A DNA stretch of 64,000 bases from Octopus vulgaris (Eukaryota), in NCBI GenBank assembly GCA_951406725.2, contig OX597835.1:50762568-50826567 (forward strand), read 5' to 3'. Each line of letters starts with the position of its first letter. The first letter of the stretch is position 1. Made by a program: the position numbers and the translations under genes. The notes beneath the pieces were generated by a model. It saw only the letters and a program-made list of their open reading frames with translations, searched no databases and was not told where the DNA came from. Shown piece by piece: positions 53,293 to 64,000 of the stretch.

Positions 53293-53900
53293 ATATATAT
53301 ATATAGAGAAACATGTATATACATATAGATATTTATATGTGTGTATGATTCGATGTCCCCAAAACCGCTTGACAACCAATGCCGGTGTTTTTTACACTCC
53401 ATTAACTTATCCGTTCGGGAAAAGAAGACCAACAGAATTAATACTAGACTGACGTAGATAAAAGTCCTAGTGTCGATTTGCTCTAGAAAAAGCTGTGCTC
53501 CAGCATTGGCACAGTGAAATGACTAAACAAGTAAAAGTGTATGCGTTACGTCTGAACAATATATCGTAGAGTTAATTAGCTACCATACTACATTTTGATG
53601 ATAGTCGTTATGTAATTAAATGTAAGGGAGGTAACTTTTGAAGTTACCTCCCTTTCTAGAGCTACCCCCCTTGAAGATTTTTTTTTAGTTATCTCCCTTT
53701 CTAGAGTTACTCCCATAGCATATTATTAAATTATAATATGCAAGGTAAGTAAGTCTACAAAGAAAGGTAAATCCAAAATCTTCCAGAGTTACTTCCCTTA
53801 CATCTAATTGAATTATAATATTCAAGGGAAGTAACTGTAGAAAGGGAAATAGGTACAAAATTTTCCAGAGTTACTTCCCTTACATGTAACTTCATTACGA

Positions 53901-54135
53901 TTTGGGTTAAGGTTAGGGTTGGGGTTACGGTAGGGTTTGGGGTTGGGTTAGGGTTTAGTGGGGGGTTAGGGTTAGGGTTAGGGTTAGGGTTAGGGTTGGG
54001 TTAGGGTTGGGTTAGGGGTTAGGGGGTTGGGAGGGGGTTGGGTTGGGTGGTGGGTTAGGGTTGGGGTGGGTTGGGTTGGGTTAGGGTTAGGGTTAGGGAG
54101 GGGTTAGGGTTGGGGTTAGGGTTAGGGTTAGGCAG
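53901..54135 (+). repeat. Degenerate telomeric (TTAGGG)n
   Basis: Perfect TTAGGG runs (e.g. 53966-53995) mixed with TTGGG and TTAGGGG. The G-rich strand points toward the window end, as expected at a right chromosome end. Confidence 0.9.
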
Positions 54136-54169
54136 GGTAGGGGCTAGGGGAGGGCGCAGGGTAGGGCGG

Positions 54170-57100
54170 CAGGCCAGGGGCGGCGGGCGGGCAGGGGAGG
54201 GGGCCAGGGCCAGGCGGCGGGGCCACGCGGCCAGGGGCCCCAGGCCAGGCCAGGGGCCAGGCCGGGCCAGGCCAGGCCAGGGCCAGGGCCAGGCCAGGCC
54301 AGGCCAGGCCAGGCCAGGCCAGGCCAGGGCCAGGGCCAGGCCAGGCCAGGCCAGGCCAGGCCAGGCCAGGCCAGGCCAGGCCAGGCCAGGCCAGGCCAGG
54401 CCAGGCCAGGCCAGGGCCAGGCCAGGCCAGGCCAGGCCAGGGCCAGGCCAGGCCAGGCCAGGCCAGGCCAGGCCAGGCCAGGGCCAGGCCAGGCCAGGCC
54501 AGGCCAGGCCAGGCCAGGCCAGGCCAGGGCCAGGCCAGGCCAGGCCAGGCCAGGCCAGGCCAGGCCAGGCCAGGCCAGGCCAGGCCAGGCCAGGCCAGGC
54601 CAGGCCAGGCCAGGCCAGGCCAGGCCAGGCCAGGCCAGGCCAGGCCAGGCCAGGCCAGGCCAGGCCAGGCCAGGCCAGGCCAGGCCAGGCCAGGCCAGGC
54701 CAGGCCAGGCCAGGCCAGGCCAGGCCAGGCCAGGCCAGGCCAGGCCAGGGCCAGGCCAGGCCAGGCCAGGCCAGGCCAGGCCAGGCCAGGCCAGGCCAGG
54801 CCAGGCCAGGCCAGGCCAGGCCAGGCCAGGCCAGGCCAGGCCAGGCCAGGCCAGGCCAGGCCAGGCCAGGCCAGGCCAGGCCAGGCCAGGCCAGGCCAGG
54901 CCAGGCCAGGCCAGGCCAGGCCAGGGCCAGGCCAGGCCAGGCCAGGCCAGGCCAGGCCAGGCCAGGCCAGGCCAGGCCAGGCCAGGCCAGGCCAGGCCAG
55001 GCCAGGCCAGGCCAGGCCAGGCCAGGCCAGGCCAGGCCAGGCCAGGCCAGGCCAGGCCAGGCCAGGCCAGGCCAGGCCAGGCCAGGCCAGGCCAGGCCAG
55101 GCCAGGCCAGGCCAGGCCAGGCCAGGCCAGGCCAGGCCAGGCCAGGGCCAGGCCAGGCCAGGCCAGGCCAGGCCAGGCCAGGCCAGGCCAGGCCAGGCCA
55201 GGCCAGGCCAGGCCAGGCCAGGCCAGGCCAGGCCAGGCCAGGCCAGGCCAGGCCAGGCCAGGCCAGGCCAGGCCAGGCCAGGCCAGGCCAGGCCAGGCCA
55301 GGCCAGGCCAGGCCAGGCCAGGCCAGGCCAGGCCAGGCCAGGCCAGGCCAGGCCAGGCCAGGCCAGGCCAGGCCAGGCCAGGCCAGGCCAGGCCAGGCCA
55401 GGGCCAGGCCAGGCCAGGCCAGGCCAGGCCAGGCCAGGCCAGGCCAGGCCAGGCCAGGCCAGGCCAGGCCAGGCCAGGCCAGGCCAGGCCAGGCCAGGCC
55501 AGGCCAGGCCAGGCCAGGCCAGGCCAGGCCAGGCCAGGCCAGGCCAGGCCAGGCCAGGCCAGGCCAGGCCAGGCCAGGCCAGGCCAGGCCAGGCCAGGCC
55601 AGGCCAGGCCAGGCCAGGCCAGGCCAGGCCAGGCCAGGCCAGGCCAGGCCAGGCCAGGCCAGGCCAGGCCAGGCCAGGCCAGGCCAGGCCAGGCCAGGGG
55701 CCAGGCCAGGCCAGGCCAGGCCAGGCCAGGCCAGGCCAGGCCAGGCCAGGCCAGGCCAGGCCAGGCCAGGCCAGGCCAGGCCAGGCCAGGCCAGGCCAGG
55801 CCAGGCCAGGCCAGGCCAGGCCAGGCCAGGCCAGGCCAGGCCAGGCCAGGCCAGGCCAGGCCAGGCCAGGCCAGGCCAGGCCAGGCCAGGCCAGCCAGGC
55901 CAGGCCAGGCCAGGCCAGGCCAGGCCAGGCCAGGCCAGGCCAGGCCAGGCCAGGCCAGGCCAGGCCAGGCCAGGCCAGGCCAGGCCAGGCCAGGCCAGGG
56001 CCAGGCCAGCCAGGCCAGGCCAGGCCAGGCCAGGCCAGGCCAGGCCAGGCCAGGCCAGGCCAGGCCAGGCCAGGCCAGGCCAGGCCAGGCCAGGCCAGGC
56101 CAGGCCAGGCCAGGCCAGGCCAGGCCAGGCCAGGCCAGGCCAGGCCAGGCCAGGCCAGGCCAGGCCAGGCCAGGCCAGGCCAGGCCAGGCCAGGCCAGGC
56201 CAGGCCAGGCCAGGCCAGGCCAGGCCAGGCCAGGCCAGGCCAGGCAGGCCAGGCCAGGCCAGGCCAGGCCAGGCCAGGCCAGGCCAGGCCAGGCCAGGCC
56301 AGGCCAGGCCAGGCCAGGCCAGGCCAGGCCAGGCCAGGCCAGGCCAGGCCAGGCCAGGCCAGGCCAGGCCAGGCCAGGCCAGGCCAGGCCAGGCCAGGCC
56401 AGGCCAGGCCAGGCCAGGCCAGGCCAGGCCAGGCCAGGCCAGGCCAGGCCAGGCCAGGCCAGGCCAGGCCAGGCCAGGCCAGGCCAGGCCAGGCCAGGCC
56501 AGGCCAGGCCAGGCCAGGCCAGGCCAGGCCAGGCCAGGCCAGGCCAGGCCAGGCCAGGCCAGGCCAGGCCAGGCCAGGCCAGGCCAGGCCAGGCCAGGCC
56601 AGGCCAGGCCAGGCCAGGCCAGGCCAGGCCAGGCCAGGCCAGGCCAGGGCCAGGCCAGGCCAGGCCAGGCCAGGCCAGGCCAGGCCAGGCCAGGCCAGGC
56701 CAGGGCCAGGCCAGGCCAGGCCAGGCCAGGCCAGGCCAGGCCAGGCCAGGCCAGGCCAGGCCAGGCCAGGCCAGGCCAGGGCCAGGCCAGGCCAGGCCAG
56801 GCCAGGCCAGGCCAGGCCAGGCCAGGCCAGGCCAGGCCAGGCCAGGCCAGGCCAGGCCAGGCCAGGGCCAGGCCAGGCCAGGCCAGGCCAGGCCAGGCCA
56901 GGCCAGGCCAGGCCAGGCCAGGCCAGGCCCAGGCCAGGCCAGGCCAGGCCAGGCCAGGGCCAGGCCAGGCCAGGCCAGGCCAGGCCAGGCCAGGCCAGGG
57001 CCAGGCCAGGCCAGGCCAGGCCAGGGCCAGGCCAGGCCAGGCCAGGCCAGGCCAGGCCAGGCCAGGCCAGGCCAGGCCAGGCCAGGCCAGGCCAGGCCAG

Positions 57101-60100
57101 GCCAGGCCAGGCCAGGCCAGGCCAGGCCAGGCCAGGCCAGGCCAGGCCAGGCCAGGCCAGGCCAGGCCAGGCCAGGCCAGGCCAGGCCAGGCCAGGCCAG
57201 GCCAGGCCAGGCCAGGCCAGGCCAGGCCAGGCCAGGCCAGGGCCAGGCCAGGCCAGGCCAGGCCAGGCCAGGCCAGGCCAGGGCCAGGCCAGGCCAGGCC
57301 AGGCCAGGCCAGGCCAGGCCAGGCCAGGCCAGGGCCAGGCCAGGCCAGGCCAGGCCAGGCCAGGCCAGGCCAGGGCCAGGCCAGGCCAGGCCAGGCCAGG
57401 CCAGGCCAGGCCAGGGCCAGGCCAGGCCAGGCCAGGCCAGGCCAGGCCAGGCCAGGCCAGGGCCAGGCCAGGCCAGGCCAGGCCAGGCCAGGCCAGGCCA
57501 GGCCAGGCCAGGCCAGGCCAGGCCAGGCCAGGCCAGGCCAGGCCAGGGCCAGGCCAGGCCAGGCCAGGCCAGGCCAGGCCAGGCCAGGCCAGGGCCAGGC
57601 CAGGCCAGGCCAGGCCAGGCCAGGCCAGGCCAGGCCAGGCCAGGCCAGGCCAGGGCCAGGCCAGGCCAGGCCAGGCCAGGCAGGCCAGGCCAGGCCAGGC
57701 CAGGGCCAGGCCAGGCCAGGCCAGGCCAGGCCAGGCCAGGCCAGGCCAGGGCCAGGCCAGGCCAGGCCAGGCCAGGCCAGGCCAGGCCAGGCCAGGCCAG
57801 GCCAGGCCAGGCCAGGCCAGGCCAGGCCAGGCCAGGCCAGGCCAGGCCAGGCCAGGCCAGGCCAGGCCAGGCCAGGCCAGGCCAGGCCAGGCCAGGCCAG
57901 GCCAGGCCAGGCCAGGCCAGGCCAGGCCAGGCCAGGCCAGGCCAGGCCAGGCCAGGCCAGGCCAGGCCAGGCCAGGCCAGGCCAGGCCAGGCCAGGCCAG
58001 GCCAGGCCAGGCCAGGCCAGGGCCAGGCCAGGCCCAGGCCAGGCCAGGGCCAGGCCAGGCCAGGCCAGGCCAGGCCAGGCCAGGCCAGGCCAGGCCAGGC
58101 CAGGCCAGGCCAGGCCAGGCCAGGCCAGGCCAGGCCAGGCCAGGCCAGGCCAGGCCAGGCCAGGCCAGGCCAGGCCAGGCCAGGCCAGGCCAGGCCAGGC
58201 CAGGCCAGGCCAGGCCAGGCCAGGCCAGGCCAGGCCAGGCCAGGCCAGGCCAGGCCAGGCCAGGCCAGGCCAGGCCCAGGCCAGGCCAGGCCAGGCCAGG
58301 CCAGGGCCAGGCCAGGCCAGGCCAGGCCAGGCCAGGCCAGGCCAGGCCAGGGCCAGGCCAGGCCAGGCCAGGCCAGGCCAGGCCAGGCCAGGCCAGGCCA
58401 GGCCAGGCCAGGCCAGGCCAGGCCAGGCCAGGCCAGGCCAGGCCAGGCCAGGCCAGGCCAGGCCAGGCCAGGCCAGGCCAGGCCAGGCCAGGCCAGGCCA
58501 GGCCAGGCCAGGCCAGGCCAGGCCAGGCCAGGCCAGGCCAGGCCAGGCCAGGCCAGGGCCAGGCCAGGCCAGGCCAGGCCAGGCCAGGCCAGGCCAGGCC
58601 AGGCCAGGCCAGGCCAGGCCAGGCCAGGCCAGGCCAGGCCAGGCCAGGCCAGGCCAGGCCAGGCCAGGCCAGGGCCAGGCCAGGCCAGGCCAGGCCAGGC
58701 CAGGCCAGGCCAGGCCAGGCCAGGCCAGGGCCAGGCCAGGGCCAGGCCAGGCCAGGCCAGGCCAGGCCAGGCCAGGCCAGGCCAGGCCAGGCCAGGCCAG
58801 GCCAGGCCAGGCCAGGCCAGGCCAGGCCAGGCCAGGCCAGGCCAGGCCAGGCCAGGCCAGGGCCAGGCCAGGCCAGGCCAGGCCAGGCCAGGCCAGGCCA
58901 GGCCAGGCCAGGCCAGGCCAGGCCAGGCCAGGCCAGGCCAGGCCAGGCCAGGCCAGGCCAGGCCAGGCCAGGCCAGGCCAGGCCAGGCCAGGCCAGGCCA
59001 GGCCAGGCCAGGGCCAGGCCAGGCCAGGCCAGGCCAGGCCAGGCCAGGCCAGGCCAGGCCAGGCCAGGCCAGGCCAGGCCAGGCCAGGCCAGGCCAGGCC
59101 AGGCCAGGCCAGGCCAGGCCAGGCCAGGCCAGGCCAGGCCAGGCCAGGCCAGGCCAGGCCAGGCCAGGCCAGGCCAGGCCAGGCCAGGCCAGGCCAGGCC
59201 AGGCCAGGCCAGGCCAGGCCAGGCCAGGCCAGGCCAGGCCAGGCCAGGCCAGGGCCAGGCCAGGCCAGGCCAGGCCAGGCCAGGCCAGGCCAGGCCAGGC
59301 CAGGCCAGGCCAGGCCAGGCCAGGCCAGGCCAGGCCAGGCCAGGCCAGGCCAGGCCAGGCCAGGGCCAGGCCAGGCCAGGGCCAGGCCAGGCCAGGCCAG
59401 GCCAGGCCAGGCCAGGCCAGGCCAGGCCAGGCCAGGCCAGGCCAGGCCAGGCCAGGCCAGGCCAGGCCAGGCCAGGCCAGGCCAGGCCAGGCCAGGGCCA
59501 GGCCAGGCCAGGGCCAGGCCAGGCCAGGCCAGGCCAGGCCAGGCCAGGCCAGGCCAGGCCAGGCCAGGCCAGGCCAGGCCAGGCCAGGCCAGGCCAGGCC
59601 AGGCCAGGCCAGGCCAGGCCAGGCCAGGCCAGGCCAGGCCAGGCCAGGCCAGGCCAGGCCAGGCCAGGCCAGGCCAGGCCAGGCCAGGCCAGGCCAGGCC
59701 AGGCCAGGCCAGGCCAGGCCAGGCCAGGCCAGGCCAGGCCAGGCCAGGCCAGGCCAGGCCAGGCCAGGCCAGGCCAGGCCAGGCCAGGCCAGGCCAGGCC
59801 AGGCCAGGCCAGGCCAGGCCAGGCCAGGCCAGGCCAGGCCAGGCCAGGCCAGGCCAGGCCAGGCCAGGCCAGGCCAGGCCAGGCCAGGCCAGGCCAGGCC
59901 AGGCCAGGCCAGGCCAGGCCAGGCCAGGCCAGGCCAGGCCAGGCCAGGCCAGGCCAGGCCAGGCCAGGCCAGGCCAGGCCAGGCCAGGCCAGGCCAGGCC
60001 AGGCCAGGCCAGGCCAGGCCAGGCCAGGCCAGGCCAGGCCAGGCCAGGCCAGGCCAGGCCAGGCCAGGCCAGGCCAGGCCAGGCCAGGCCAGGCCAGGCC

Positions 60101-63100
60101 AGGCCAGGCCAGGCCAGGCCAGGCCAGGCCAGGCCAGGCCAGGCCAGGCCAGGCCAGGCCAGGCCAGGCCAGGCCAGGCCAGGCCAGGCCAGGCCAGGCC
60201 AGGCCAGGCCAGGCCAGGCCAGGCCAGGCCAGGGCCAGGCCAGGCCAGGCCAGGCCAGGCCAGGCCAGGCCAGGCCAGGCCAGGCCAGGCCAGGCCAGGC
60301 CAGGCCAGGCCAGGCCAGGCCAGGCCAGGCCAGGCCAGGCCAGGCCAGGCCAGGCCAGGCCAGGCCAGGCCAGGCCAGGCCAGGCCAGGGCCAGGCCAGG
60401 CCAGGCCAGGCCAGGCCAGGCCAGGCCAGGCCAGGCCAGGCCAGGCCAGGCCAGGCCAGGCCAGGCCAGGCCAGGCCAGGCCAGGCCAGGCCAGGCCAGG
60501 CCAGGCCAGGCCAGGCCAGGCCAGGCCAGGCCAGGCCAGGCCAGGCCAGGCCAGGCCAGGCCAGGCCAGGCCAGGCCAGGCCAGGCCAGGCCAGGCCAGG
60601 CCAGGCCAGGCCAGGCCAGGCCAGGCCAGGCCAGGCCAGGCCAGGCCAGGCCAGGCCAGGCCAGGCCAGGCCAGGCCAGGCCAGGCCAGGCCAGGCCAGG
60701 CCAGGCCAGGCCAGGCCAGGCCAGGCCAGGCCAGGCCAGGCCAGGCCAGGCCAGGCCAGGCCAGGCCAGGCCAGGCCAGGCCAGGCCAGGCCAGGCCAGG
60801 CCAGGCCAGGCCAGGCCAGGCCAGGCCAGGCCAGGCCAGGCCAGGCCAGGCCAGGCCAGGCCAGGCCAGGCCAGGCCAGGCCAGGCCAGGCCAGGCCAGG
60901 CCAGGCCAGGCCAGGCCAGGCCAGGCCAGGCCAGGCCAGGCCAGGCCAGGCCAGGCCAGGCCAGGCCAGGCCAGGCCAGGCCAGGCCAGGCCAGGCCAGG
61001 CCAGGCCAGGCCAGGCCAGGCCAGGCCAGGCCAGGCCAGGCCAGGCCAGGCCAGGCCAGGCCAGGCCAGGCCAGGCCAGGCCAGGCCAGGCCAGGCCAGG
61101 CCAGGCCAGGCCAGGCCAGGCCAGGCCAGGCCAGGCCAGGCCAGGCCAGGCCAGGCCAGGCCAGGCCAGGCCAGGCCAGGCCAGGCCAGGCCAGGCCAGG
61201 CCAGGCCAGGCCAGGCCAGGCCAGGCCAGGCCAGGCCAGGCCAGGCCAGGCCAGGCCAGGCCAGGCCAGGCCAGGCCAGGCCAGGCCAGGCCAGGCCAGG
61301 CCAGGCCAGGCCAGGCCAGGCCAGGCCAGGCCAGGCCAGGCCAGGCCAGGCCAGGCCAGGCCAGGCCAGGCCAGGCCAGGCCAGGCCAGGCCAGGCCAGG
61401 CCAGGCCAGGCCAGGCCAGGCCAGGCCAGGCCAGGCCAGGCCAGGCCAGGCCAGGCCAGGCCAGGCCAGGCCAGGCCAGGCCAGGCCAGGCCAGGCCAGG
61501 CCAGGCCAGGGCCAGGCCAGGCCAGGCCAGGCCAGGCCAGGCCAGGCCAGGCCAGGCCAGGCCAGGCCAGGCCAGGCCAGGCCAGGCCAGGCCAGGCCAG
61601 GCCAGGCCAGGCCAGGCCAGGCCAGGCCAGGCCAGGCCAGGCCAGGCCAGGCCAGGCCAGGCCAGGCCAGGGCCAGGCCAGGCCAGGCCAGGCCAGGCCA
61701 GGCCAGGCCAGGCCAGGCCAGGCCAGGCCAGGCCAGGCCAGGCCAGGCCAGGCCAGGCCAGGCCAGGCCAGGCCAGGCCAGGCCAGGCCAGGCCAGGCCA
61801 GGCCAGGGCCAGGCCAGGCCAGGCCAGGCCAGGCCAGGCCAGGCCAGGCCAGGCCAGGCCAGGCCAGGCCAGGCCAGGCCAGGCCAGGCCAGGCCAGGCC
61901 AGGCCAGGCCAGGCCAGGCCAGGCCAGGCCAGGCCAGGCCAGGCCAGGCCAGGCCAGGCCAGGCCAGGCCAGGCCAGGCCAGGCCAGGCCAGGCCAGGCC
62001 AGGCCAGGCCAGGCCAGGCCAGGCCAGGCCAGGCCAGGCCAGGCCAGGCCAGGCCAGGCCAGGCCAGGCCAGGCCAGGCCAGGCCAGGCCAGGCCAGGCC
62101 AGGCCAGGCCAGGCCAGGCCAGGCCAGGCCAGGCCAGGCCAGGCCAGGCCAGGGCCAGGCCAGGCCAGGCCAGGCCAGGCCAGGCCAGGCCAGGCCAGGC
62201 CAGGCCAGGCCAGCCAGGCCAGGCCAGGCCAGGCCAGGCCAGGCCAGGCCAGGCCAGGCCAGGCCAGGCCAGGCCAGGCCAGGCCAGGCCAGGCCAGGCC
62301 AGGCCAGGCCAGGCCAGGCCAGGCCAGGCCAGGCCAGGCCAGGCCAGGCCAGGCCAGGCCAGGCCAGGCCAGGCCAGGCCAGGCCAGGCCAGGCCAGGCC
62401 AGGCCAGGCCAGGCCAGGCCAGGCCAGGCCAGGCCAGGCCAGGCCAGGCCAGGCCAGGCCAGGCCAGGCCAGGCCAGGCCAGGCCAGGCCAGGCCAGGCC
62501 AGGCCAGGCCAGGCCAGGCCAGGCCAGGCCAGGCCAGGCCAGGCCAGGCCAGGCCAGGCCAGGCCAGGCCAGGCCAGGCCAGGCCAGGCCAGGCCAGGCC
62601 AGGCCAGGCCAGGCCAGGCCAGGCCAGGCCAGGCCAGGCCAGGCCAGGCCAGGCCAGGCCAGGCCAGGCCAGGCCAGGCCAGGGCCAGGCCAGGCCAGGC
62701 CAGGCCAGGCCAGGCCAGGCCAGGCCAGGCCAGGCCAGGCCAGGCCAGGCCAGGCCAGGCCAGGCCAGGCCAGGCCAGGCCAGGCCAGGCCAGGCCAGGC
62801 CAGGCCAGGCCAGGCCAGGCCAGGCCAGGCCAGGCCAGGCCAGGCCAGGCCAGGCCAGGCCAGGGCCAGGCCAGGCCAGGCCAGGCCAGGCCAGGCCAGG
62901 CCAGGCCAGGCCAGGCCAGGCCAGGCCAGGCCAGGCCAGGCCAGGCCAGGCCAGGCCAGGCCAGGCCAGGCCAGGCCAGGCCAGGCCAGGCCAGGCCAGG
63001 CCAGGCCAGGCCAGGCCAGGCCAGGCCAGGCCAGGCCAGGCCAGGCCAGGCCAGGCCAGGGCCAGGCCAGGCCAGGCCAGGCCAGGCCAGGCCCAGGCCA

Positions 63101-64000
63101 GGCCAGGCCAGGCCAGGCCAGGCCAGGCCAGGCCAGGCCAGGCCAGGCCAGGCCAGGCCAGGCCAGGGCCAGGCCAGGCCAGGCCAGGCCAGGCCAGGCC
63201 AGGCCAGGCCAGGCCAGGCCAGGCCAGGCCAGGCCAGGGCCAGGCCAGGCCAGGCCAGGCCAGGCCAGGCCAGGCCAGGCCAGGCCAGGCCAGGCCAGGC
63301 CAGGCCAGGCCAGGCCAGGGCCAGGCCAGGCCAGGCCAGGCCAGGCCAGGCCAGGCCAGGCCAGGCCAGGCCAGGCCAGGCCAGGCCAGGCCAGGCCAGG
63401 CCAGGCCAGGCCAGGCCAGGCCAGGCCAGGCCAGGCCAGGCCAGGCCAGGCCAGGCCAGGGGCCAGGCCAGGCCAGGCCAGGCCAGGCCAGGGCCAGGGC
63501 CAGGCCAGGCCAGGCCAGGCCAGGCCAGGCCAGGCCAGGCCAGGCCAGGCCAGGCCAGGCCAGGCCAGGCCAGGCCAGGCCAGGCCAGGCCAGGCCAGGC
63601 CAGGCCAGGCCAGGCCAGGCCAGGCCAGGCCAGGCCAGGCCAGGGCCAGGCCAGGGCCAGGCCAGGCCAGGCCAGGCCAGGCCAGGCCAGGCCAGGCCAG
63701 GCCAGGCCAGGCCAGGCCAGGCCAGGCCAGGGCCAGGCCAGGCCAGGCCAGGCCAGGCCAGGCCAGGCCAGGCCAGGCCAGGCCAGGCCAGGCCAGGCCA
63801 GGCCAGGCCAGGCCAGGCCAGGCCAGGCCAGGCCAGGCCAGGGCCAGGCCAGGCCAGGCCAGGCCAGGCCAGGCCAGGCCAGGCCAGGCCAGGCCAGGCC
63901 AGGCCAGGCCAGGCCAGGCCAGGCCAGGGCCAGGCCAGGCCAGGGCCAGGCCAGGCCAGGCCAGGCCAGGCCAGGCCAGGCCAGGCCAGGCCAGGCCAGG
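54170..64000 (+). repeat. (CCAGG)n array with scattered CCAGGG units, probably miscalled telomere
   Basis: ~9.7 kb of homogeneous pentamer running to the window end, after a gradual TTAGGG > CAGGG/TAGGG > CCAGGG > CCAGG transition. Confidence 0.9.

Larger units (their letters stand above)
41790..53890. repeat. Subtelomeric tandem segmental duplications (SINEs, GT-rich tracts, PLE fragment, GGGAAGTAACT hairpins)
   Basis: 41790-44710 matches 46015-49175 (offset ~4.2-4.5 kb). 50140-51175 matches 48250-49445. 53300-53885 matches 49660-50016. Confidence 0.85.

Overview
Eukaryotic, AT-rich, repeat-dense DNA that looks like the end of a coleoid cephalopod chromosome, most likely Octopus (inferred from recalled SINE and RTE families). 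No complete intact gene is visible. From left to right: fold-back repeats; a decayed CRE-clade retrotransposon; non-autonomous Helitrons; a Penelope-type terminal repeat carrying a candidate minimal hammerhead ribozyme with a swapped G3:C8 core; a decayed RTE LINE; an R4/Dong fragment at (TAA)n joined to a 6.3-kb GC-rich rDNA-spacer-like island with two 28S fragments and an internal inversion; two purine-rich minisatellites; orphan exon-like ORFs; Tigger, Tc1, Gypsy and Penelope relics; ~12 kb of subtelomeric tandem duplications with a CR1-type LINE; then degenerate TTAGGG grading into ~9.7 kb of (CCAGG)n, probably a miscalled telomere. All calls come from reading by eye without database searches, and boundaries are approximate unless termini are quoted.
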